Made by a program: the position numbers and the translations under genes. Below are positions 52,758-62,369 of a stretch of 64,000 bases of DNA, piece by piece. Source of the stretch: Candidatus Tenderia electrophaga. Lineage in GTDB: Bacteria > Pseudomonadota > Gammaproteobacteria > Tenderiales > Tenderiaceae. The notes below the pieces were generated by a model, which was given only the letters and a program-made list of their open reading frames with translations, searched no databases and was not told the origin of the DNA. Location of the stretch: NCBI GenBank assembly GCA_001447805.1, contig CP013099.1, positions 2,115,181-2,179,180 of the forward strand. Reading direction: 5' to 3'. Within the stretch, counting starts at the first letter, position 1; each line of letters begins with the position of its first letter.

Positions 52758-53503
52758 CCTTCGACAAAACCGCTCAAAAAGTCGTCCACCTGAGACCAGA
52801 CATCCTCAGTCACGGCGGCATCGTAGTCGGGGTGCAGCGGATCCATAAATCCGTGTGCGGCGGGAAACACATAATTGCGATGGATAATTAGGGATTTCTT
52901 CAGCAACTGGCTGTATTCATCCATCATGGCGGCGGTAATGGCCTCGTCGTCCCGGGCAAAAATGGTCAACACCGGCGCCTTCAAATTACGCACCTGGTCC
53001 ACATTGGCCTCAAGCACGCCGTAGATTACCACCGTCGCGGCCACTTTTTCCGGCGCCGCCACCGCCGCCTGGAACGACTGCCAACCGCCGAACCCGGCCC
53101 CCAGGGTCACCAACTTGCGGCCCTCGCGCTCACGCGCCAGATAGTTGAGCCCGGCGTTCACATTCACCTTGACCGATTCCGGGTCGGTGGCGTCCATGAT
53201 TTCGGTCGCCAGCCACATTTTGTCCGAGATACGACCGTCGAAGACATCAATGGCCAGGGCCCGATAACCGCGCGCGGCGAAGCGCTCCACCCACGCGCGC
53301 ACCGTCTCGTTCAGGCCCCAGCGGTCATGCAAAATTAATATACCCAGTTCGGCATCTTGCGGCCCGGCCGCATAGCCCTGCAAATACGTGCCCATGGCCG
53401 TTTGCAGGGTGATGGTGCCCTGATTGGGATCCGCCGGGGCAGGATCGGCCGCCCGCACCGAGACGGCAACAAGACATAAAATACATAGAATAAGGCTTTT
53501 CAT
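52754..53503 (-). CDS. Exported dienelactone hydrolase-like protein lacking the catalytic Cys
   Basis: Signal peptide, HDRWGLN, GYRALAID, GAGFGG, AAHGF. Confidence 0.8.
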   Translation of the reverse strand: MKSLILCILCLVAVSVRAADPAPADPNQGTITLQTAMGTYLQGYAAGPQDAELGILILHDRWGLNETVRAWVERFAARGYRALAIDVFDGRISDKMWLATEIMDATDPESVKVNVNAGLNYLAREREGRKLVTLGAGFGGWQSFQAAVAAPEKVAATVVIYGVLEANVDQVRNLKAPVLTIFARDDEAITAAMMDEYSQLLKKSLIIHRNYVFPAAHGFMDPLHPDYDAAVTEDVWSQVDDFLSGFVEG

Positions 53504-53643
53504 AGTCACTCCGGCACAATCACGCCGATCAACATAGCAACAAGCACAGCGGCGCTCAAGCGATTCCAACCCGGCAGCGCCCAGACTATCGCCTCCCCTG
53601 TGCTATGCTCGGCAGCAAGTAAGCGACAACGAAGGGAGTACGC

Positions 53644-54450
53644 ATGGCCTCACAAAACCAACCCGATTGGGATACCCTGGCGGAAAAGTTTGATCTCTGG
53701 CTCCCCCACATCGCCCCGGTCGGTGAGGCCTTGCTGGAAGCGCTGCAGGTCGACCCCGGCGACGCGGTGTTGGATGTAGCCTGCGGCACCGGTGAACCGG
53801 CCCTGAGCCTGGCGCGGCGTCATCCCCATGCCCGGGTGACCGCCGTCGACGCCGCCGCTGGCATGGTGCGCGCGGCCCAGAACAAACTCAAAGACGAGCG
53901 CCTCGATAATATTCAGTTCGACATCATGGCGGCGGAACACATGGACTTCGAAGACGCCAGCTTCGACAAAGTGCTGTGCCGCTTCGGCGTCATGCTGTTC
54001 GAAGATCCCCTGCAAGGGCTGAAAGAAATGCGCCGCGTACTCAAACCCGGCGGCCAATTCGCCCTGGCGGTGTGGAGCACGGCGGAAACTATGACCACCA
54101 TGCACTGGGCCCACCGCGCGTTCAAGAATCGCCTGAAGGAAGAGGATCAACCTGCCCTGGCCAAGGTCACCTCGCTGGGCGAGTCAGGCATGCTGGAATC
54201 CCTGCTGAATCAGGCCGGCTTCAAGCAACATATCATCCAACGCAAGCCCTTTGATTACCACTTCCAGAGCTTCGACGAATACTGGGACACGGTCGAGGCC
54301 TCGGACATTATGAAGCAGCAGTTCGACGCCCTGGCCGAAGGCGAGCGCGACCAGGTGCGTGACGAGATTGCGCGCTTCGCCCGGGATTTTCACAGCGACA
54401 GCGGCCTGGCCATTCCACACGAGTACATCCTCGCCTACGGCGTCAGGTAA
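53644..54450 (+). CDS. Class I SAM-dependent methyltransferase (UbiE-like)
   Basis: VLDVACGTGEP, SFDKVLCRFG, VLKPGG. Confidence 0.88.
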   Translation: MASQNQPDWDTLAEKFDLWLPHIAPVGEALLEALQVDPGDAVLDVACGTGEPALSLARRHPHARVTAVDAAAGMVRAAQNKLKDERLDNIQFDIMAAEHMDFEDASFDKVLCRFGVMLFEDPLQGLKEMRRVLKPGGQFALAVWSTAETMTTMHWAHRAFKNRLKEEDQPALAKVTSLGESGMLESLLNQAGFKQHIIQRKPFDYHFQSFDEYWDTVEASDIMKQQFDALAEGERDQVRDEIARFARDFHSDSGLAIPHEYILAYGVR

Positions 54451-54460
54451 GCAACGAACG

Positions 54461-54817
54461 TCAGAACGCATTCAACAGATCGCCGAAACCCCATACCAGG
54501 GTGCCGACGATCAGCATGTACAGGCCGTATTTCTCGTACCGCCACACCCCCCCTGCCACATCATCGATCAAATGTCGTTTGTCGCTGTCGGCCCAGTCGC
54601 GCTCGAACTGGCGTGGCGGCCGCATCTGGCTGAGTTTGAGGCGGTTGATGTGATCGATGATCTGATGCGAGGTGAGTACAATGCCGTTGATGACCACCAA
54701 GGAGCCGCTGCGCGACAACCACAACCAATCATCCAGCCAGACACTCAGCAGTACGCCCAACATGAGCGTCAGCAGGGCGACGGCATAGGCCTTGATTGCA
54801 AAATGGGTGGTCTTCAC
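54461..54817 (-). CDS. Hypothetical membrane protein (about 3 TM)
   Basis: Fills the gap between genes, hydrophobic helices, GTLVWGFGDL C-terminus. Confidence 0.65.
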   Translation of the reverse strand: MKTTHFAIKAYAVALLTLMLGVLLSVWLDDWLWLSRSGSLVVINGIVLTSHQIIDHINRLKLSQMRPPRQFERDWADSDKRHLIDDVAGGVWRYEKYGLYMLIVGTLVWGFGDLLNAF

Positions 54818-54860
54818 TGCTGTTCATAGTAGCCGATCTGCGCCAACGCGCCATGGCAGC

Positions 54861-57353
54861 TCAGACACTGCGCAGGGTGCGCAGCGGCGGCTGATTGATG
54901 ACAAAGCGCGTGCCCAGCGTCCCGGCGATACCAATGCCCAGCGCCCCTATCAGCATGCCACCGAACCACAAGGTGGGGCCGGGCGCGTATTCCAACTCGA
55001 AGATGCGCTCCGCCACCACCATGCCGACGCCGCCGGCGCTGAGGGCTGCCACCAGGCCGGACATCAGACCCAGGCCCGCGTATTCGAGCATCAGGCTGCC
55101 GAGCAACTGGCTGCGCCGCGCGCCCAGGGTGCGCAGCACCGCCGCCTCGTGGATGCGTTCATCGCGGCTGGAGTGAATGGCGGCATACATCACCATCAGT
55201 CCGGCCAGCAGGGTGAAGACGAAGACATATTCCACCGCCAGGGTGACGCGCGCGATAATGCGCCGCACCTGCCCCATGATGGCGTCGACATCGAAGACGG
55301 TGATGTTGGGGAACTGCTGTACCAGGTCATTCAGCACCTGGTGCTCATCCGCAGGCAGATAGAACGCGCTCATATAGCTGACCGGAAACCCCTCCAGCAC
55401 CCCCGGCGGCGCCAGCACGAAAAAGTTGGCGCGGAAACTGTCCCACTCCACCGTGCGCAGGCTGGTGATGGGGGCGGTGAATTGTTGCCCGGCGGCGCGA
55501 TAGGTCAAGGTGTCTCCGAGCTGCAGGTCCAGTTCCTCGGCGATGCCCTGCTCCACGGACAGCATGGGCCGGCCGTGTTCGTCCTCATCCCACCAGCGCC
55601 CGGCGACGATATTGTTGTCCGCCTGCAAATCAGCGGCCCAGGATAGGTTGAACTCGCGCGTGGCCAGGCGCTTGCCGCGCTCGGTGGCGAAATCATCTTC
55701 GCTCACCGCTTGGCCGTTTATCTCCACCAGGCGCATGCGCACCATGGGATAAAGCTCCGGCACCTCGATGCCCTGCCGCGCGAAAAAGCCTTCCACTTGA
55801 TCGAGCTGCTCGGGCTGCACATTGATCAGAAAGCGATTAGGGGCATCGGCCGGCACCTTGCCCTGCCACTCTTCCAACAAATCGGTACGCACCACGGTGA
55901 GCAGCAACAAGGCCATCAGGCCGATACTGAAGCCCATCATTTGCAGCATGCTGCTGCCGGCACGGCGCGAGATATTGACCAGGCCGAAGCGCCACGAGGC
56001 CCGCCCCTGCCGACTCAAAGGCTTGAGGATCAGTAGCAACACCCCGACCAGGGCCGCCAACGCCAGCAACAGCACCACCAGACCCGCGAGAATGGTCAGG
56101 GCCAGGCGGGTGTCCTGGGCCTGGAGCAAGGCCAGCACCACAAACGCGGCGCTGCCGGCGCTATAGGCCAATAGACTGTTGATCTGCAAGCGACCCAGGT
56201 CACGCCGAATCACCCGCATGGTGGAGACATTGGCCAGTTGCAGAATCGGTGGCATGGCGAATCCCAGCAGGGTGATCATGCCGGTCAACATGCCCAGCGC
56301 CACGGGCCAGGCCGAGGGCGCCGGCAACTGGATGCGCGCCAGTTCACCCAAGAACAACACCAGTCCGCCCTGGGCCAGATACCCGAGCGCCACCCCCAGG
56401 GCGCTGGCCAGCAGGCCCAGCACCAGCATTTGATATAGATACAGTCGATTGATCACGGCCTGAGAGGCACCCAGACAGCGCATCACCGCGCAATTATCGA
56501 GATGGCGGCTGACATAGCGCCGCGCCGCCATGGCCACCGCCGCCCCGGCCAACAACACGCTCACCAGGGCCGCCAGCCCGAGAAAACGCTCGCCCCGCTC
56601 CAAGGCGGTGCGCACCTGGGGCCGGGCGTCCTTGACGCTGTTCAGTTCTTCGCCGGGCGCCAGGGTGTCCTGCCACTGGCGGCGCAACTGCTCCACCTGC
56701 TCCGGCGCGCCGGCCACCAACAATCGATAACGCACCCGGCTGGCGGGCTGCACCAGCTCGGTGGCGGGCAGGTCTTCCAGATTCATCAGCAGACGCGGCA
56801 CGAAGCCGGAGATCATGCCGCCGGACTGGGTCGGCTCGCTGGTCAGCACGGCGCCGATGCGCAGGGTGGTCTCCCCCACCTGTACCGTCTCGCCCACCTC
56901 CAGTTTCAGGGCGTTCATCAGGCGACCGTCGGCCCAGGCCGTGCCCGGCTCGGGGCCGTGAGCCACCGCCTCGTCCGGGGCAAACTGCTCGGGCGCTATG
57001 CGGTTACGGCCGCGCAGCGGGTAATTGGCGCTCACTGCCTTCAATCCCACCAATTGACTCTGCTCCCCCGCCAACACCATGGTGGGAAACTCCACCGTGG
57101 CGGCGCTGCGCAGCCCCGCGTCTCTGGCGTGATCGCGGCGTTGCGCGGCGATGGGATCGCGCGAGACCAGCACCAGGTCGCCGCCCAGCAGGTCGTTGGC
57201 CTGCAGCTCCAGGGCCTGATGGATGCGGCTGGTAAAGAAATTCACCGACGACACGCTGGCCACGGCGATCACCAGCGCCAGCGCCAGGATGGTGAGCTCA
57301 CCGGCGCGCCAGTCGCGGCGCAACTGGCGCAGACCGAGTCGGAATGCGTTCAT
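54861..57353 (-). CDS. ybbP: FtsX-like ABC transporter permease (YbbP type)
   Basis: RDWRAGEL, LLGGDL, APNRFLINVQ, REFNLSW. Confidence 0.85.
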   Translation of the reverse strand: MNAFRLGLRQLRRDWRAGELTILALALVIAVASVSSVNFFTSRIHQALELQANDLLGGDLVLVSRDPIAAQRRDHARDAGLRSAATVEFPTMVLAGEQSQLVGLKAVSANYPLRGRNRIAPEQFAPDEAVAHGPEPGTAWADGRLMNALKLEVGETVQVGETTLRIGAVLTSEPTQSGGMISGFVPRLLMNLEDLPATELVQPASRVRYRLLVAGAPEQVEQLRRQWQDTLAPGEELNSVKDARPQVRTALERGERFLGLAALVSVLLAGAAVAMAARRYVSRHLDNCAVMRCLGASQAVINRLYLYQMLVLGLLASALGVALGYLAQGGLVLFLGELARIQLPAPSAWPVALGMLTGMITLLGFAMPPILQLANVSTMRVIRRDLGRLQINSLLAYSAGSAAFVVLALLQAQDTRLALTILAGLVVLLLALAALVGVLLLILKPLSRQGRASWRFGLVNISRRAGSSMLQMMGFSIGLMALLLLTVVRTDLLEEWQGKVPADAPNRFLINVQPEQLDQVEGFFARQGIEVPELYPMVRMRLVEINGQAVSEDDFATERGKRLATREFNLSWAADLQADNNIVAGRWWDEDEHGRPMLSVEQGIAEELDLQLGDTLTYRAAGQQFTAPITSLRTVEWDSFRANFFVLAPPGVLEGFPVSYMSAFYLPADEHQVLNDLVQQFPNITVFDVDAIMGQVRRIIARVTLAVEYVFVFTLLAGLMVMYAAIHSSRDERIHEAAVLRTLGARRSQLLGSLMLEYAGLGLMSGLVAALSAGGVGMVVAERIFELEYAPGPTLWFGGMLIGALGIGIAGTLGTRFVINQPPLRTLRSV

Positions 57354-58024
57354 CCCTCCAGCCTCAACCGCCCGTCCTCCAATTCCACCTGCCGGTCACA
57401 GCGCTGGGCCAGGTTCGGGTCGTGGGTCACCAATACCAGGGTGGTGCCCTGCTCGGCATTGAGCTGGAACAGTAAATCGATGATGCGGGCGCCGGTGTTG
57501 CGATCCAGATTGCCGGTGGGTTCGTCCGCGAACAACAACTTGGGATGAGGCGCAAAGGCGCGCGCAATGGCGACGCGCTGCTGCTCGCCGCCGGACAGCT
57601 GTTTGGGATAATGACCGGTGCGCGCGCCCAGGCCGACGCGCTGCAATACGCTGGCGGCCACCTGCGGCGCGTCGCGGCGCCCCGCCAGCTCCATGGGCAA
57701 CATGACATTCTCCAGGGCGGTAAGATTGGGCAACAGCTGAAACGCCTGAAATACAAAACCGACCTTTTCCGCGCGCAGCCGGGCACGTTGGTCTTCGTCC
57801 AGGCCGAACAGATCCACGCCGTCGATCATGACCTGGCCGGTGGTGGGGGTATCCAGCCCCGCCAACAGCCCCAGCAAGGTCGACTTACCCGCGCCGGAGG
57901 CGCCCACCACGGCCACGGATTCGCCGGCCGAGATAGAAAGTGACACGTCGTGTAATAAGTCCAGCTCGCCGTCGGGACTGCGCACCCGTTTGCCCAGTCC
58001 CCGGACTCTCAATACCTCAGCCAT
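57350..58024 (-). CDS. ybbA: ABC transporter ATP-binding protein (YbbA type)
   Basis: [26 protein letters not shown]; divergent from tesA. Confidence 0.85.
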   Translation of the reverse strand: MAEVLRVRGLGKRVRSPDGELDLLHDVSLSISAGESVAVVGASGAGKSTLLGLLAGLDTPTTGQVMIDGVDLFGLDEDQRARLRAEKVGFVFQAFQLLPNLTALENVMLPMELAGRRDAPQVAASVLQRVGLGARTGHYPKQLSGGEQQRVAIARAFAPHPKLLFADEPTGNLDRNTGARIIDLLFQLNAEQGTTLVLVTHDPNLAQRCDRQVELEDGRLRLEG

Positions 58025-58145
58025 AGTCGATTGGAAGATCCTTTTTTCTTGTTGGACATGCGTGTTCCCCACCTTAGACACGATAATGACAGATGATTCA
58101 CTGCGCGCCCTGCGCAGGGCGAATCAGATCAGGCATAATGGTGCC

Positions 58146-58772
58146 ATGCAAAAAATCGTCTTTACCCTATTGGTGGTGCTCTGCTGTGGCGTAACGGCCC
58201 AGGCCGATGAGCATAAAATTCTGGTACTGGGCGACAGCCTCAGCGCCGCCTTCGGCATCAGCCAGGAACAAGGCTGGGTGGCCCTGCTACAACAGCGGCT
58301 CACGCGCACTGGTGAAAAGTATCAGGTCATCAATGCCAGCATCAGCGGCGAGACCACCGCCGGCGGGCTGTCACGCCTGCCCGCGCTGCTGCAACGGCAT
58401 GAGCCCGACATCGTAATCTTAGAGCTGGGCGCCAACGACGGTCTGCGCGGCCTGTCACTGAATGACATGCACGCCAACCTCGCGCGGATGATCGAACTTT
58501 CCCGGGCCCGCGGGGCCGAGGTGCTGCTGCTGGGTATGCAGTTGCCGCCCAACTACGGCCCCACCTACACGCGTCAGTTTCACGAAGTGTATGCCCGGCT
58601 GGCCGAGAGCGAAGACGTCGCTCTGGTCCCGTTTCTGCTCGCGGGGGTGGCGCAGCAGCGCTCACTGTTCCAGGCCGACGGCCTGCATCCGAGCGCCGCG
58701 GCACAGGATGAACTGCTCGAAAATGTGTGGGACAAGCTACAGTCACTGCTTACAACCAGCGGCGCCGTCTAA
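58146..58772 (+). CDS. tesA: Arylesterase / acyl-CoA thioesterase I (SGNH)
   Basis: GDSLS, NASISGET, GANDGLRG, DGLHP. Confidence 0.92.
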   Translation: MQKIVFTLLVVLCCGVTAQADEHKILVLGDSLSAAFGISQEQGWVALLQQRLTRTGEKYQVINASISGETTAGGLSRLPALLQRHEPDIVILELGANDGLRGLSLNDMHANLARMIELSRARGAEVLLLGMQLPPNYGPTYTRQFHEVYARLAESEDVALVPFLLAGVAQQRSLFQADGLHPSAAAQDELLENVWDKLQSLLTTSGAV

Positions 58773-59730
58773 ACAGCCATATCTGCAGCCCCACCAGCAC
58801 CACCAGAAACAGAATCACCACTTCAAAACCATAGGCGTACTCGGCGCCGGGGATGCCGCCCACGTTGATACCCAACAGCCCGGTCAGAAATCCCAAGGGC
58901 AGGAACACCGCCGCCACCAGCGATAACACATACATGCGGTTGTTCATCTGCTCCGAGAGTCGATTATTCAACTCCTCCTGCACCACGCCGGCGCGATCGC
59001 GCGCCGCCTCCAGGTCCTCCACATAGCGCACTACGCGGTCGGTGATTTCACGCAGGCGGATGCGGTCATTGTCCGACAACCACTCGACTCTTTCTTGGGC
59101 CAAGCGAGCCATGGCCTCGCGCTGGGGTGACAGGTAGCGCCGCAGACCGATTACTTCCATGCGCATGCGGGCCAGTTCGTGGCGCAGTTGCGCCCGCTCT
59201 GATTCCACCACCTCGTTTTCGAGCCGATCCACCTCTTCTTCGATGGCGTCGATCGCATCCGCCATACGCACCACCAGGCGATCGGCCAGGTCGACCAACA
59301 GTTCGCCCGGTGTACCAGGTCCGTCACCGCGATCGATGGACTCGCGCACATCAACAATAGAGAGCAGACGCCGGCGCCGGGTGGTGATCACACGCCGATC
59401 CTCCACCCACAGGCGGAGCGCCACCATGTCCTCGGGATCGGCCCCCGGGTTGGTATTGACGCCGCGCAGCATCACCAGCAGGCCGTCTTTCAGGGCGGTA
59501 CTGCGCGGACGCGTCTCATCGGCCAACAGCGCATCACAGACCACCTTATCGACGCCGCTGTCCTGACGCAGCCAGCGCTGTGCCTCGGCATGCGTAAAAT
59601 CCAGGTGCACCCACAAAAACCCCTCGTCCGAGCGCCATTGTTGAAGGCCCTGCCAGTCCAGCGGGGTACCGCCGCCCTTGCCGTCGAGGGCATAGGCAGC
59701 AATCAGTCCATCTTGCTCGTCCATGGTCAA
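58750..59730 (-). CDS. zntB: Zinc transporter ZntB (CorA family, GIN motif)
   Basis: LWVHLD, ETRPR, LRGVNTNPGADPEDMV, GLLGINVGGIPG. Confidence 0.9.
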   Translation of the reverse strand: MTMDEQDGLIAAYALDGKGGGTPLDWQGLQQWRSDEGFLWVHLDFTHAEAQRWLRQDSGVDKVVCDALLADETRPRSTALKDGLLVMLRGVNTNPGADPEDMVALRLWVEDRRVITTRRRRLLSIVDVRESIDRGDGPGTPGELLVDLADRLVVRMADAIDAIEEEVDRLENEVVESERAQLRHELARMRMEVIGLRRYLSPQREAMARLAQERVEWLSDNDRIRLREITDRVVRYVEDLEAARDRAGVVQEELNNRLSEQMNNRMYVLSLVAAVFLPLGFLTGLLGINVGGIPGAEYAYGFEVVILFLVVLVGLQIWLFRRRRWL

Positions 59731-59812
59731 TTCCCGGATCGTTGTTTAGTATGAGGACTATAACCGACTTGGGCGCAGCGGCAATAACACGCGCTCGACC
59801 GGGCCATAGCGC

Positions 59813-59852
59813 AAAACAAAAAGGGCCGACACACTTGTGTATCAGCCCTTTG
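59813..59852 (-). terminator. Intrinsic terminator after the tRNA-linked element
   Basis: Minus strand GGGCTGATACAC-AA-GTGTGTCGGCCC-TTTTTGTTTT. Confidence 0.65.
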
Positions 59853-59862
59853 TTGAAAAGTA

Positions 59863-59996
59863 ATGGCGGAGAGGCAGGGATTACTCGGGCGTCCGCCCTC
59901 GCCCTACGGGCCAGCCTCGCTCCGCTCCGCTGTTCTCCCTCCGCTGCGCTACGGTCGTCGAACCGAAGGGTTCTCATCAAAACCTGCCCCACTCCA
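59863..59996 (-). repeat. tRNA-linked structured element ending in a copy of the tRNA-Ser(TGA) 3' end
   Basis: atggcggagaggcagggatt at 59863-59882 is identical to 60038-60057; tcgaacc at 59958; fold-back arm cctgccccactcca at 59983-59996. Confidence 0.75.
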
Positions 59997-60000
59997 AAAA

Positions 60001-60031
60001 CAAAAAAGGCCGCCTCTGGGGCGGCCTTTTG
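60001..60031 (-). terminator. Intrinsic terminator of tRNA-Ser(TGA)
   Basis: aaaaggccgcc-tctgg-ggcggcctttt. Confidence 0.75.
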
Positions 60032-60038
60032 TATTTTA

Positions 60039-60128
60039 TGGCGGAGAGGCAGGGATTCGAACCCTGGGAAGGTTTAACCCTTCAACGGTTTTCAAGACCG
60101 CCGCTTTCGACCGCTCAGCCACCTCTCC
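60039..60128 (-). tRNA. tRNA-Ser(TGA)
   Basis: GGAGAGGTGGCTGAGCGG...GCGGT-CTTGAAA-ACCGT, long variable arm, GGTTCGAATCC, CTCTCCGCCA. Confidence 0.96.
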
Positions 60129-60294
60129 GCAGAAGCGCAAGATGATACCAAAAATTTTCAGGATTTCCAGCACTTGAGGAAAAATTTTGCGATTTAGACC
60201 GGGTATTAATCTAGGGAACCTTTCGTGCTAAACTCGGGTCTCAGAATATGAGTAATTCTCTATGGAATTCAACTTAAACAGGAGTCTGAACACT

Positions 60295-60966
60295 ATGAGA
60301 CCAGTAGAACGTGTGTACGGCGGTGCGATTCCCGCTTCGGCGTCGACCAATAAGGTTCTGCGAAATACCTACATGCTGCTTTCTATGACGCTGCTGTTCA
60401 GCGCCTTGATGGCGGGCGTGTCCATGACCATGCAGATGGGTCCGATGGCACACTTGCTGTCGTTCGTGGGTTCCATCGTGCTGATTTGGTTCGTGCTGCC
60501 GCGCACTGCGAATTCGGCTGCAGGCATCGGTGTGGTGTTTGCCATTACCGGCCTGATGGGCTTCGGTCTTGGGCCCTTGCTCAACGCCTACCTGAGCATG
60601 GCCAACGGTAGCCAGGTGGTGATGACCGCCTTGGGCGGTACCGGTGCCATCTTCCTGGGGCTGTCGGCCTACACGCTGACGACCAAAAAGGATTTCAGCT
60701 TCCTGGGCGGCATGCTGTTCGTCGGTATTCTGGTGGTGCTCCTCGGCGCTATTGTGAATATCTTTCTGGCCATTCCGTTCGTATCGATGGCCATCTCCGC
60801 TGCGGTAATCCTGATCATGAGTGGTTTCATCCTGTATGACACCAGCCGCATCATCAACGGCGGGGAGACCAATTACATCATGGCGACGGTCTCTTTGTAC
60901 CTGAGCATCTACAACATCTTCGTCAGCCTGCTGCACCTCCTGGGTGCGTTTAACGGCGACGATTAA
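60295..60966 (+). CDS. yccA: Bax inhibitor-1/YccA family protein
   Basis: NKVLRNTYMLL, TKKDFSF, GGETNYIMAT; divergent from tRNA-Ser(TGA). Confidence 0.92.
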   Translation: MRPVERVYGGAIPASASTNKVLRNTYMLLSMTLLFSALMAGVSMTMQMGPMAHLLSFVGSIVLIWFVLPRTANSAAGIGVVFAITGLMGFGLGPLLNAYLSMANGSQVVMTALGGTGAIFLGLSAYTLTTKKDFSFLGGMLFVGILVVLLGAIVNIFLAIPFVSMAISAAVILIMSGFILYDTSRIINGGETNYIMATVSLYLSIYNIFVSLLHLLGAFNGDD

Positions 60967-60987
60967 TTAGCCCATACAGGCTATGCT

Positions 60988-61015
60988 AAGGCCCCGGCTG
61001 GTCCGGGGCCTTTTT
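60988..61015 (+). terminator. Intrinsic terminator after yccA
   Basis: aaggccccgg-ctggt-ccggggccttttt. Confidence 0.75.
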
Positions 61016-61032
61016 CTTGGGGAGGCGTCATT

Positions 61033-61218
61033 ATGGAAATGTGGATGAAGGTCGCCTATGCCGTGGCCCTGGGGGCCATGGTAATTTTCCTGTTGCCGCG
61101 CGCCAAGGCAATGATGGCGAATAGCCGCAAGGCCGAGGCGGGCGAATGGCGCGGCGTGATTATCCCCTTGCTGCTGGTCATCCTGTTTGTCGTATTGCTG
61201 ATTCAATCGGTCCAATAG
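61033..61218 (+). CDS. Small two-TM hypothetical protein
   Basis: GGAGG SD, 61 aa with two hydrophobic helices. Confidence 0.7.
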   Translation: MEMWMKVAYAVALGAMVIFLLPRAKAMMANSRKAEAGEWRGVIIPLLLVILFVVLLIQSVQ

Positions 61219-61229
61219 GCCAGCCCCCC

Positions 61230-62216
61230 TTGGAAACCCATCCCTTCGCCCCCTTCATCCGCACCCTGGGCCGCGGCCAGAAGGGTTCGCGCTCGCTGTC
61301 ACAAGATGAGGCCTTTGAGGCCATGGGCATGATCCTGGAGGGACAGGTGGAGCCGGAACAGCTGGGGGCCTTCCTGATGCTGATCCGGGTCAAGGAGGAA
61401 ACGCCGGATGAGGTTGCCGGCTTCGTGCGCGCCGTGCGCTGGACTATCCAACTGCCCGAAAATATTCCGGCGGTGGATCTGGACTGGTCCAGCTATGCCG
61501 GCAAGCGCCGTCATTTGCCCTGGTTTCTGTTGAGCGTGCTGCTGCTGGCGGACCAGGGGGTCAAGGTATTCATGCACGGCCTTAAAGGGCGCAAGGATAA
61601 CCGTATCTACACCCCGCAAGCCTTGGAGTTTCTCGGCCTGCCGGTATCCGATTCGCTGGCCGAGGCCGCCCAGCGGCTGGAGACGCACACATTCGCCTAT
61701 GTGAACCTGGAGCGCATCAGCCCGCGGCTGCAGCAGATTATCGACCTGCGCGAGATCCTGGGCCTGCGCTCGCCGGTGCATACCGTGTCACGCATGCTCA
61801 ACCCGTTTCTCGCCCCCCATCAGATGCAGGGCATTTTTCATCCCGGTTATCTGGCGATCCATCAAGGCGCCGCCGCGCTCCTGGAGCAAGCCCACATGGC
61901 CGTGATAAAGGGCGACGGCGGCGAGATCGAGGCCAGCCCGGACAGCAGTTGCAGGGTATTATCGGTGAATCAACAACGGTGTAACGAAGAAGAATGGCCA
62001 CCCCTGCTCGCTACCCGTGAACTCAAACCCAAATCCCTGGAACTCGAGCTGTTGCCACAACTCTGGCGCGGCGAAATCGAACACAAATATGGTACTGCCG
62101 CCGTCATCAACACCCTTGCCGTGACACTGCAGATGATGCAAAAACAAAGCCGCCGCGAAGACGCGCTGGCCATGGCGACGGAGTGGTGGCAGACGCGTTC
62201 GAAGGATCTCATTTAA
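61230..62216 (+). CDS. Glycosyl transferase family 3 / YbiB-like (TrpD2) protein
   Basis: HPFAPFIRTLGRGQKGSRSL, DLDWSSYAGKRR, LGLRSPVH, IFHPGY, KGDGGE; probable TTG start. Confidence 0.85.
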   Translation: METHPFAPFIRTLGRGQKGSRSLSQDEAFEAMGMILEGQVEPEQLGAFLMLIRVKEETPDEVAGFVRAVRWTIQLPENIPAVDLDWSSYAGKRRHLPWFLLSVLLLADQGVKVFMHGLKGRKDNRIYTPQALEFLGLPVSDSLAEAAQRLETHTFAYVNLERISPRLQQIIDLREILGLRSPVHTVSRMLNPFLAPHQMQGIFHPGYLAIHQGAAALLEQAHMAVIKGDGGEIEASPDSSCRVLSVNQQRCNEEEWPPLLATRELKPKSLELELLPQLWRGEIEHKYGTAAVINTLAVTLQMMQKQSRREDALAMATEWWQTRSKDLI

Positions 62217-62369
62217 TATTCGCCAAGATTCTTACCCGCCGCCCCTACACAACAGCCCCGTTTCTGCTAAATTTAGAACGTAGGTTTCTGGATATTGCAA
62301 GTTCTCAGCCTTGCTCGGCTGTGGTGGCTTCTTTTAATCCTTATAGATCCGGGGACGAGGGAGGGGGGT

